Of a stretch of DNA of 64,000 nt, positions 37,889 to 50,535 are shown in pieces. The stretch comes from Trichoplax adhaerens (taxonomy: Eukaryota; Animalia; Placozoa), in the NCBI RefSeq assembly GCF_000150275.1, contig NW_002060970.1, forward strand, positions 84,197 through 148,196, written 5' to 3'. Made by a program: the position numbers and the translations under genes. Positions within the stretch are counted from its first letter, which is position 1; the number at the start of each line of letters is the position of its first letter. The notes beneath the pieces were generated by a model, which searched no databases, was not told the origin of the DNA, and worked only from the letters and a program-made list of their open reading frames with translations.

Positions 37889-40182
37889 TATTATAATCTT
37901 CAAATAATGATGTGTCATATTCTTACCATACTATGGAATAGTAACCGTTTTTAGCAATTTATCTTTGCTAATGTTACGATCAAACAAACTCTTACTCTTT
38001 GTCAATATTTGATGTATATTATGAATAGAATTTAGCTAAGAAAGTAAAATTTTTATGTTAGGACCATATGTATAGTTTCTGTTTGAAAAATGGAGTTGCT
38101 TTGCGTAGTAAATTTCTGTAATATTAAAAGTTGCAGCTATTATCAACTGTACGACTTCAACAAACATTTTTGTAGTTTAGAGTACAAAAATTATCGAAAC
38201 CATATTGTAAGCGGCAAAGTTCCAGTATAATTGAGAGTAATAAAGTATTAATCTTAGAAATTTAGGAAACACCATCATGTGGTAATTGCTTTCGGCAAAA
38301 TGTCATCGCTCCTTAAAAGCAAATGATTATCATCATCGTTTTGCCAACTTTATTATTGTACATCGCTGTAATAAATCTTGCTCATTTAGAGTATTTTTGG
38401 ATCGGTTTTTCAATCATATATATTCAGCAATTCTGTAGGAAATCGATGCTATATAATTGGTATTCTTGCATGAATAGCGTGCATATACGCATTGAGTTAT
38501 CGACAATTATCAAGACAAAACTTGTGCAATAGAATGAATTATAACGAAACTTAAACATAATCACTCTGTTTCTATTAAACCTTATCCAAAGATTTACTTT
38601 TCGCTAGAACTATTTTTTCAGCTACTTTCCTCATTAAAATGGCACAAAAAAATTTATACACTTTAGTGGAAAAGTCTTTAACGACTTTAAGACTTACGAT
38701 CGTGATATTAACGTATAGCGAATTCTACAGCGATGTTATAAACGTATAAACGATAAATATAGGTAACTGCAGTTAAAAGAGTTAATAGAATTTCCATTTT
38801 CTTCGAGAGGGTTGTTATAATTTAGTTATACTGAAATACTAGACCGTACGTTGCACAATCGATCGCAATTCCCATATTAGAATCAGTACATACGCCATCT
38901 AGTCCTATTAGTCATCTACTGTACTACTACAATTATCTGAGATCATTGCATTCTGTTATTCTTCCTCTGAACGATCCCTAAAGTTTTTTTCAGATCTTAC
39001 TTTTACCAACTTATTTTTATCATTATTTAACGTACTGCTACTCTAGAAGGTCTGTCACTATTAAATTAGCTTATGGCGCATATCTAAACGACATAACCTT
39101 AATTACGATACCACTTTACTAGATAAAATACTTGTCATAAATAATACTATACACTAAAGATTGATGTAACTCATTATTAATTCTATTTTATTGCCTCATA
39201 ATGTAGGCAGCCATAGATGGTGGTGCACAACTTTCATTTTATCATGCATGCAGCATGTTCAATCGCTACTAACGATAGTATTTCATTCCATCTAACCCGA
39301 AATTGCAACAAAGTTTAAATAAATTTGATTACAAATGATTACCAATGTTTTTTATATTCATACAATTGATATGAAATGTAGTTGCCAGTTATATCCATAG
39401 ACAAAATACTTGCATTGGTTTCTAAAGTAAAATGACTATTTAATATCTTTATCGATCATCTCTCTATAATATTAGATATTAATACAGCTGCACAGAAGCT
39501 AGCTAGAATGTCATGAGGTTAAAAAAATAATTAAAACATTTTAGTACTAATCTAGAAATTCTAAATCACAGCAGCATACCTGGTACACTACATTAAGAAT
39601 TAGATCAGAGTAGTCCTGTAAAAAATTTATAAATAATCGATGTTCTATTTAAAACGAATCATTTAATCATCTATAAACGTTAGTAACGATGGGCCATTAT
39701 TTGTTTAACAAAATACAACGTTACGGATGACAAATCAGACACTTATCCATCTAAACTGCGTCATTTCATTTTTATACAATCGCAAGAGCAATCAGCCTGT
39801 TAATTATTTGAAGTTTTAGCCTTACAAGAATTTAAATGGATCACATCAGCGACATAACATTAGTTTTCGCAAATGCAGTATTTCAATAAGTTAAAGACAT
39901 TAGCATTTAAGATAATTTCACTAAGTTGATCATATGAATCATGTGAGCCAATGACGTATCAAAAAATTAATTGAAAACTTGATGAGAAATTTATTCTCAT
40001 TATATAAAAAGTATAAGCGGCAAGTAGTATTATAAAATAACCGACAGACTTTCTTGATATGCAGTAACAAATCCTCGGTAATGTTAGGATTTGTACCCTA
40101 AATGAAGTCATTCTATCATAGAGTTTGTATTTCTAAAAATCTCAGCGATTGCAATATTTCACAACTCTACTAAAATATACAA

Positions 40183-43100
40183 TCAAATGTCAGTAGATTC
40201 ACCAAACACGCTATCTCTGGGATCAGTTAACTGAGTAGCTTTTAAAATGCAATCGAACCATCTAAATATAACAAAAGCGAAGCAATACAGTCTTTTACTT
40301 AGAGTATTCCATGCTAGCAAATTAATATATTTGCATACCAATTTTTATGTATGAAATATTGTATATCACTTACTCATTGAATTTATCTGCTGGTGGTCGA
40401 ATGAACATCAGTTGATTAGCATTATGGTTAGGCGATACAGGTGCATCAGCGCTGGACTGATTGAAGTGGCTTAATTCAATGATATTATCCGTAGAAGTAC
40501 TGTCATCTTCCTAAAATTATTTTCCGAAACAAATGAGACATTTTTATTCAAGTTACTAACTAATAATCTAAATAATCTTTATGTGCGTACAATATTTGAT
40601 AATGTAAATGTTAGACAATTTGCAACAAATTCTTAACCTTTGCTATAGTTTTCTTCGAAATTGTCCAACCTACTAAGACAACTTCTTTTGCTGCTTTTTT
40701 ATCCTAATTTAATAAATATTGTATATTTAAGTATACACCCAGTTGCAACAAAATAACCTCATCTTCATATATGTTATCTTGCAACAGATAAATTTTCTCA
40801 ATGAAGCCGCTAAACTAATTTAGTTTTTTTTTAATTGGAAATATCTACGAAGTGTTTGGTTTTATGTTATCTCGTGTTAAGCATCAAACCAACAATGCTA
40901 CACAATTAACGGCGTTATGTACTACGGATGGAAGTGACTTTACTAATATCAAAATCAAATTTAATTATTTTGTTAATAAATCACAAATATGCTAAGTCTC
41001 AAAATTTAATGACCATTAATAAATTATCCGCAAACGTATAGTACCATAGTTACTTATCAAGCATCAGATTACCAAAATATTACAAGGCAGCTGAGGATAA
41101 TCATTCATTAATTATAATTTTCAGCGAAATTATAGCTATTGTAGCATTACTGAAGAAATCTATTTAGAAACGTATAGATTGGCCTACAACTTGTATAGCA
41201 AGAAGATTATACTCTGCAAAGGATTAACATAGAATATTTCTATTTCGTCAATAGTGATCATACCTCGACAGCATCATAAATGTATAGAACATTTTCATTT
41301 CCTCGAACAATGCAGAATTTTCTCTTCCAATTTTTAAAGTCTCCTTTATTAGAGACATCCACGGGATCCTTTAGAGAATAGGCATTACCAGTCTCCTAAA
41401 AGTTATCATGATATATTTATATTTGATCAGGCAAAAATTTTCGAAAATTAATATACATGTTGCCCGTTTTAGCCTGTTTTAACCGCAATTATTACTATTT
41501 ATTGTACGTAATCTACTCATAATCATGTAAAAAGCTACTAAATAATACCATTTATAGCATAGAAATGCTACCTCTTTCAGGAAAGAACAACGATCCTTTC
41601 TACGACGAATCTTTGTTCCAGTTTTCGAACTATGCTTACGAAATCTTGTCACTACTTCGTCTCGCCTTTCATATTGGTACTCCAGAATTGGATAATGATC
41701 TGTAGGACGGTTGTTTATTCTTTCCGTGAGACCGGACAATAAAATTTCGTAGCATGCGTCGCATACGCGATCAGCTTTATAGTCTTTGTATTCCAGTGGG
41801 GCCTTATTATTAGAACATTCACCACATACAACCTAAAGAAGAAAAGATATAAAGTAAGCAAATTGAATTAACGGCTTCATTCCCAGGATTTATTTATGAT
41901 CTACTCTGATTATAATTAATCGCACCTTGCCACATCCCCTACAATGATGTCTTCTAAAAAATGTCGTAAACATCTTATCGCATATTTGGCATCTAGTAAC
42001 GTGGTCATCGGCTATCATTAATGGAGCTTGTTTTCCGATAATAAAGGTCTATTTTCAAAAGCGAAAGCTAACTTAATTCTGATGTATAATTGACTTCTTT
42101 AATTCTATTACCTATCTATATTAGTTTAATCATTGTATAGTAACTTAGTGTTGTGACTGTAGAATAATAGCTATGTTTAGTATGATATGCGGTAGTGTCT
42201 TTTCTATATTTATCTCATGATATATTTAGTAGCCCATAATTATGAACTGTAAGGATAGATTCTATACTAGAGTACAGATGATTATATACAGTAAGATGTT
42301 GAGCTCCTATTAAGATAAGAGGAAGAAATAGAATTGTACAGTAAATCATATGTTAGGATATACTTAGTTCATTGTACTTTGAGTGGTAGGAATAATGTCT
42401 GCGAAAATACTGTAACCATTTCTATATTGAATTAACGATGGTTCGCCGTAAAATATTGTTATTAATAAGCTGAATATGTGTAAAATATAGTAGCATGCTG
42501 CTATACTGATTGTATCTGTGAAGGCTACGGAGAGTATAAAACCAGGAGACATTAGATTATCTGATTGTTCTTTCTAGAAGTCTTTTAGTAGTTGTATTCG
42601 GCTAGAGTAGAGCTGCGTGTAGCTAGTCTTTGTATTAGATCTGATGAAGTTCTAATTTTCTACAACTTTGGAATTTTCGTGACCGGATTTTATCACAATC
42701 ATTATTCATATACTAGAGTCCAAGCCAATAGTAAGTGATAAAATAACATTCTAACGACCCATCTATGACATTATGCGTAATCTAATGGACAACTGATCGA
42801 GATTGTTTTCGCAATCTGGTGATTAAAATAGCTGCGTAAACCAGAATTGAAGATATACTAGTCTATTTTATAACAGCAACGATAACAATCAAAGAATACA
42901 GTATTGTAGTTACTAGTCAGAAAAAATTAAAATTTAGATACTAGTAGAAGAACATCGGAAGAACTATAAAAATTACTGGTGCCAAACCTTAGGCATGGCC
43001 ACGTTTTCTCCAAATGTTGCTAGTCGATTACGTTCTTCCTCTGCAGCTGTCTGTAATTCCTAAATTGGAATAAATTTTACTTGCTTAACGATACGAATAT

Positions 43101-46100
43101 CGAAATAACTGTACATGTAAATTAGACTTACTTTAACCCATTCATCGCGCTCTTCGATTGATCTAAAATTATTACGGTGTAACTAAAAGATAAGTAACAT
43201 GGTTGCAACATAGGTATACCTACTGTAAAATGTAGGTAATTTTCTGGTACGATTATCTTAAACTTAAATGTTATTCAAGTCTACAATGCACTTACTTTGC
43301 TTTAAGAATAAATTGTCTCTTTTTATGGTTAATTTGAAATGCAAATGATTCACCATATAAATTTTGATCAGTTGGTATGGTGATCTGAAGGGTAAAAATC
43401 GTCTATTTAAGCTATTTGATCCAAAAAGTCGTAAGTGGCAGAAAACTTACAAGTTAAAAAGTATCTACCAATCTTAGTTACAAGTAGAACTATCAGTTAC
43501 TTTGATACTGATATAAAGATCACTGATATAGCACTTTTGAAGCAAAAGAACTGTATGATAGAGTATCAAGTCTATCAGGCAGACTCTGTAAGTGTACAGC
43601 ACAGCCATAAAATAAGTTAGCTAAAAAATACGCCAAATTTTTTGAGTAGTACAACTAAATATATTACAATGGATGTCACATAGTACAATATTTCTCTTAA
43701 AGAAATAAAATTATTAAATACAACTAACATAAAATAAAAAGTATTTAAGTAGTGCTACGGAAAGCGTTGAAATAGATGAAGCCAGAAATTGAATTTTGTA
43801 GATTTTTATATAATACTAACTTGCATATTTTTTAAATCAAATTCGTCTTTATACCGAAATGAATGGGTTACAGCTTCTGGCTCAGTATAGAGCAAGATGT
43901 CACTAAACTAAATAATGAAGCCATTGTATATTTTTATAAAAGCGATTTTAAATCGATGAATTTGCAATAGAAATTGTACGTTCTTACTTACTAGGAAAAA
44001 CATTCTTATTTGAACAACCTTTCTGCAAACTTTTCCAAGTAGTCCTTCTTTAATAAATATCTATCATACCCAATTATTTTAGAAAAGTTAAGGCTCTTTT
44101 ACTACAATAGTTGTTAAAGATTAACACTATCTCAAAGAAGGAAAAGATTTTAAGTAACTTGGATGGTAACTAGACTACTCAACTTACTCTGTGTGGGACA
44201 ACTAAATTATAGTCCTTTCTAATTCTTAATCGTTCCTGTACCCTGAGAATTTTTTTTAAATTATCCTAGCAATATAATTATATATTATTATCAACAATCA
44301 AATCTATTCTGGTGCACCAAGCACTTTATAAGATATAAATTAAGCCTAATTTTTGGCATTAATTGATATTAAACGCTGTTTCATATCATGATAAATTAAA
44401 AGATTAATTAGTATGCCTCTTACCCCTATTTTCATATTTTCATTAATTTTATTAGCAGCGTCAATTATCGACGCTAGCGCACCTGCATTAAGTTTCAAAT
44501 CAGACTCATTAGACTTCCTCTGATAATTAATAATTCATAATATACAACTACCATGACATACATGATGCAAAACAAATTTCATATAGTGAACACTAATACT
44601 TACTTTGTGCATCTGGTAACTCTTCTGAATCCGCTGGTAAATTTTTTAAATAATCTATATACCAAAAATCGCAGTAAGAACAATTATAGCTATTTATATA
44701 AATAGTATCACAAGGTAACGCCAGTTCGATAGTAATATATTATACTCCGTGTTTATAAGTAACGCCATCTGACGATCTGCTATAACGCGGTAAATAGCAG
44801 CATAAAAAACTATTTGTATAGGTAATGACCGTTACCTTCCATCAATAGTCTATATCGAGGTATACGTTGGATAGGTTTCAGCATATAAGATGAAATGGTT
44901 AAATTCTTGCAACGTGATGTCTGCCATCGGAAAATTATTGTAAGTTTGATGTTAGTTGCATTAAATGCATTGCGTAGCAATTCAATATACCTGGAAAACC
45001 TGCACAGCTGTAGCAAATTCTGGATGTATTTTCATCGTTTCTTGCAGTAAAGTATTCGTTTTTTCGTAATCGGATACATAAGTTGTGTAAGTCTGAGATA
45101 GATAATATTGAAAATCATTCATTATGACAGCCTAAAACTGTATAATGGCCTTATTTGAGTACAATAGCTATCGTGCCTTGAAGAAAGGAGCAAAAGTTTT
45201 CATTATGTCAGAAATCCGAGGACATTCATCCCTATAGGAAGAGAATAATTTCAAATACTAAATTCAGTGGAATGCGAAAAAGCAATTAGCTTCTTACATA
45301 GTATGATGTTTGTAGACATTAACTAAATCGATATTACCAATTCGAAAGTCGTTCCTGAAGGTCTTTTAATAAACCTTCATTTAGGCCACAGATTTGATTT
45401 ATAGAGGAGAACAAATCTGATTCTGAAACAAATTCTTTATCAAGGTTTATCTTTCTGATCACTTTTCTAAAATCCTATAAGAAAGATAGCACCAAATGCG
45501 ATATTTTATCGCATTAACATGATTCTGCATTACTTTGTTATCGAATACAATTAATGACTGTATAATTATCTTGTCTCTTCACCTCATCAATTAATTTAAG
45601 TCCTTCAACATATCTGAAATTCGACAAATATTATGTTTTAATTATTTACCAGTAAATGTATCAAATTATACATCAATTATAAGTTAGTCAAATCCATAAA
45701 ACATTGAGAATTATCAGTCGGTCTCGCTTACGCATTTTCGGTTTGATAAAGCTCATGAGCGATTTTGTATATTTTAGGTCGATTGTATTGATGTTGCTGT
45801 GAATAAATGAGCAAAGTAGACTCGTTAAATCATGAACAAAATCAATTCCATATATTGATGATTTAAATACAAATCAGCAACAGTGGAATGTGATTATTTC
45901 TAACTAGAAGTTCCAAGCAGACTCACATCGTTCTCTTCGCGTGAACCACCGATCTCGTCATCCGATGATTCGTCTGTAATCAAATTAAGCGATTTTATTA
46001 ACTGAAATTTATTATTACATGTTTTAATAAGAATTCCAATCTTTTCTATCACTTTTAAGCAGGTACACAATGCAGTACTTGTATTGTGTAAATTTTAAAA

Positions 46101-46999
46101 TCGCAATTGATAACATCTCCCTCCATTATTTTTCAAGTGCCATAATAAATATTTTTATCACTGCAGTATCATGTACCAAATTATTATTTAAAATCAGGTA
46201 ATATTATTTGCAACATTTGAATTAATTACCTACTTCATCCTTCTATATATATGAGTAATTTTGAAAGTTTTACCTGATGCAGCACAGGAATTAGGAATAC
46301 TAAAAGTCTCATCTAGTATAACAGCAGGGTGATTGCTACCGCCATTATCGTTAGATATCGTCGACTGTCGGGAATCTACACTCTCTTCAGAAATTGGTGA
46401 TTCGCTGTAGCAATATAGCAAGCAATGTATGGTACAGATAAAAGAAAGTAATCATGATTAATCTATCCATTTCTGGAAAGTGTATTATAAGTCCATGGTT
46501 GTAGATACGATAGGAAAACAGTGGCACTTCAAATTCGTGACAGATAATAATATTATGAAATTGCCCGTATTCAATACCAACTAAAATGAATTTCTATTTG
46601 TACTTTGCAATTTGTGTATCCATATATTACAAGTGTGTATGAAGGTGGTCAACTACTATTTGTATTAAATTCAATTTAATACATGTTACGATATTTTAGT
46701 TTACTAGAAACATCAGATTTATTGATGGTATTGCGTAGAGAAGCTCCAGATAGAAGTACAATTTGAAACTATCTGGTTTTTATATTTCAAGCGCATATTA
46801 GCGGCAATGATTTCACCTGTTAACCACAATAGTCTCATATAGAATTACGTGATTTAATGAAAACTTACGTTGATGTATTTGATGAAACCATATTATCATC
46901 ACCAGTAGGATTGTCTCCATTTTGGGGAGTAGCACTTGCAGGACTAGATATAATTCTTCTGGAAAAGTTTCTTACTGAAGTGCTAAATTTAGATATCAT
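40183..46999 (-). CDS. FGD6: FYVE, RhoGEF and PH domain-containing protein (FGD5/6-like Cdc42 GEF; DH-PH-FYVE-PH), about 23 coding exons
   Basis: ATG at 46999 with an in-frame stop just upstream. DH motifs KIAHELYQTENAYV, APFFKTY..YV, YMLKPIQRIPRYRLLMEDYLKNL. PH motif FIKEGLLGKVCRKVVQIRMFFLFSDILLY. FYVE motif CQIC..F..FFRRHHCRGCGKVVCGECS...RVCDAC. Second PH domain; stop at 40183-40185. A non-coding 5' exon donor lies near 49689. FGD6 versus FGD5 cannot be resolved by eye. Confidence 0.9.
42134..42697 (+). mobile_element. Solo-LTR-like element, family D, antisense within an FGD intron
   Basis: TGT...ACA, TSD ATCAT/ATCAT, TATAAAA at about 42535; homologous to 11182-11724 and, inverted, to 62023-62573. 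Confidence 0.92.
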
Positions 47000-49979
47000 G
47001 TTCTAGTTGTACCTGCAAACGTAAGGGAAATACGAGAATTTGAAAGAATTATTGAATTGTTCATAGTAGTGATTCTGCGGCTTGTTTATCAATACATTTG
47101 TCAATTACATTCTAGGCGTGAACCATTAATGTAGGATATCATTATGATAAAAGTTTTCGTCTCCTTCATATTGTATTAAGTTTATCGGTAAATTATTTAT
47201 TTGAAATCATAACCGACGTAGGTGTAGTGAATTGATTATACTACATCTAGATCACGCAGAGAGCTAGATGTACGAATATTCCACTAGTGATTCTTAGTCA
47301 ATAGCATTGCATAGTTTTACATTGTGACTTTCTTTCAGTATAGTCTATTAAACTACTGGTATTTAGAAAGCATCTATCACGATAATATAGTCTGTGGCTA
47401 AGCAATCAATTCAATTGGTAATCAAGCAATAGCATAAGTTAATTTCATTTCTTTGCAATCCTATCCGTATTGCACACTGAAACAGCTATCTTTAAAGGTT
47501 ATGATACGATAGCCGCTGCTGATCACTGAACTAGAGTCGTCAATATTACTGATGGCCTTTACTTGAAGATTCACCTTTGCATAGCGGAAGTGGTAGAAAA
47601 GACAGTTGCTACGCTATAAGATACGCAAATCGAAAATAGTGCTATCTGTATAATTACAGTGACGTAGTTAGAGAATAATGGTCATGGATCAGCAGTAAAT
47701 CGCCCTGATTACATTGCTATCATAGAAGGCTTAGTCATTTCCTTTGAAAACTTTAATAAGTGCCTCCATTCCTTCTTTCTGAATTATTTTTTTCCACCTT
47801 GCCCATAAAATCGGTAATTCGACGCTAATAATATGAGGAAACTTTGTTCTCATTTTAAACGCATTCGTTCTTGGGATAAGCAAGAGGGAGGGTAGCAAAA
47901 ATAAAATCAACAGGTAACATTATTCATTGCATCAAAGCTACGATAGAATAGCGGCAGTCGACTTTGATTTAAATAGCTAGTGGGCGGCTTTAATGAGTTA
48001 AGTCATTATTAAATCGAAGTAAGCTACAGTTTAGCAGCCGCAAAGAGCAACAACATTGCGTTCTTTAATTGACAAATAACAGTATGATTTTATATAAAGA
48101 CATCAAATAAAATGATGAAGGATAACTGTTAATCCTAGTTTACTATAATGATACACGTAGGCTGATATGTAATCTGAGCATTAGCAATACAATTAATCTA
48201 TAATTTAGGGGATATTTCATTTCGGCAATCTTATTTCATAGGAAAAGAGTATCTCATTGTCAAGGCTTTAGTTATATATATTTAACTTCTAATATAGGAT
48301 AATGTGAATTTGAATTATTTCCATTTTGTATACATACAAGTATATACAAATTATTATTGCTGTTGCGCCGTTGGCGATATAGTCTACAGTATAGGAATCG
48401 AAGTCCAGGTTGGGGTTTAAAAGCTTTTAATGAACAGGGAAACCATTCTAATTGAGTGAAGTTAGGACGTTAATTTGAGAAGTTTATAAATGAAGATGCC
48501 ACATTCATTAATGTACTCTTGAATGGTTACGATCATCACTTTAAATCTATCTGTAATTGCAATTCATTGCTGGTTATATCGTAAATTACTTTTCAAACAA
48601 GAATTCTAATTCAATTTTGCTCTATCTCCTTCATGATGACAAAATCACGACGTATACATGAATTGAATTCACCCACTATGGCATTCTCATACCAATTTAA
48701 AGAACTGAAAAAAAGAAATAATCTTGATCAATTTCGTATCACTAAATCGTCATCCCAACTCTGTACCTTTACTTTTCCCTATTTGTCTAACCAATCGACA
48801 TTAAGGTTAATTAATAATAGCTCGATCTGACAGAATATTGTATATTCATGGAGTAGCGTAGGCGAATGATTAAAAATTCAAAAGGGGATTCAATGTACCC
48901 CCCCCCCCCCCCTCTCCCTAAAAGCGCCTAGTCAAAAAATCCATTCAACTATTTTAACTACCGTAACGATACAAGTCGCCCTAGTGAGCAAAGGTGACGG
49001 TCGATTCTTCTCCAAAGCAGCATTTATTGGATTGGTCAAGGAACGTAATAAATAAAAAAAAAAATAATTAACATGATTTGCCATGATTGTATAAAAATCA
49101 AGTAACACCTGTTGATAATAGACTTGGTCGCCGCGTCTATACTATAACATGAACAGGAAGAGAAATGATGATCATCTTATCTGATGGTTTATTACTACAA
49201 TATCTAAGCCAAGCTCGTGTAGGCGTATATATTAGCGATGTTCCTTCTCTATTTCCACTCTCTTCTCATCGCTATCGTTATCACCTTTGGCTGTATTATG
49301 CGCAAAAGTGATCTTATTTTTAGATAACGATGGAGATAACTACATTTTATCAATCAAGTACTTTCTATCGTACAGTACCGTACTGTACCCAGCCTCCACC
49401 CATAAGTGTCATCAATCAGGCTATATCGATATTTAGAATCATCATTATCCTCTATTCTACAGTATAATCACGGTTATTCCATGTTGGCCGTAGAAAATTT
49501 GCGTCAATTTCTATGTACCAATGATAAACTGAAAGCAGCGAGAAAAAAAAAAAAAATTGTAATCGCTATTCCTTGGAAATGAAGCAACCGTTTACGCTAG
49601 ACTGTACTGTACTGTACGTCCATGGAAATCAATATTGCAATACTAAACGTCGATTCGATTGCCATGACGGCTCGCTAACGTCCACTTACCAGAAAGGCGA
49701 AGGTTGAACAGTTCGCAATTTTGATGTAGTCGTTGAAATCAAAGCTTTCCTCAAGACGTACAAATTATTTTACTCTGCTGAATGATTTTCTACTTCAACG
49801 AATCCCAAACGGACAGTCTATACCAATAGCATCGCTGTATCTTTTCTCTCTTTCGATAGTCTTGTTCTGCAGGCGGCTAATTGCAACGACTAGTAATAAT
49901 ATACATTACATATATAGATTGTTATATGACAATATATTAATGAATGATTGATTCTAATTTACCACGATCGTACATTACA

Positions 49980-50450
49980 TATCTTCATTTCACAATGACG
50001 TCAAAGTTCATTTGCATAATGTATACTCATTGTACAGTACACTGAGTACGTTACAATACTTTGCACTCAGTGTCTGCTCTTTACTGTACTGTACTGTACA
50101 CTGTACACTGTACTGTTCACATACAGTACAGTACAGTACGGTACTGTACAGTCAACTCATTCGCACATTTTAAGTTACAGTACCGTACAGTACTTCATTT
50201 TCACAATGACGTCAAAGTTCATTTGCATACTGTACCGTACAGTACAGTACAGTACAGTACAATACTTCGCACTCAGTGTCTGGTCACTACTGTACACTGT
50301 ACACTGTACACTTGTAAAATACTGTACAATACTTCGCACTCAGTACCTGGTCACTACTGTACACTGTACACTGTACGGTACACTGACAATACAGTACTGT
50401 ACAGTATTTGGGAAACTACACTACAGTACACTGTACTGTAGTGTACAACA
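49980..50450. promoter_or_regulatory. Putative bidirectional FGD/ABITRAM promoter: (CAGTA/TACTG)n array with two perfect CRE palindromes
   Basis: TGACGTCA at 49996-50003 and 50207-50214 within a duplicated block of about 35 bp. Dense CAGTA/TACTG/TACAC pentamers. Lies between the divergent 5' ends of the two genes. Confidence 0.65.
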
Positions 50451-50535
50451 CGATGTATCGTAGCACGACTGCAGGCTTGCAAACTGAAAATAGTCAACGG
50501 ACTGGCGTTGTCAATCGGGCGTCAAGGTGGCCAAG

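Noticed and set aside
37724-37918. Met-rich minus-strand ORF
   Set aside because: Antisense of the CAT (His) repeats of the evectin tail.
38678-38786. TTAA-flanked piggyBac-like MITE
   Set aside because: The inverted repeats match too poorly to support a call.
50061-50463. Cys/Thr/Val/Tyr-rich ORFs here and at 35043-35403 and 34645-34848
   Set aside because: Translation artefacts of the (CAGTA/TACTG)n arrays.
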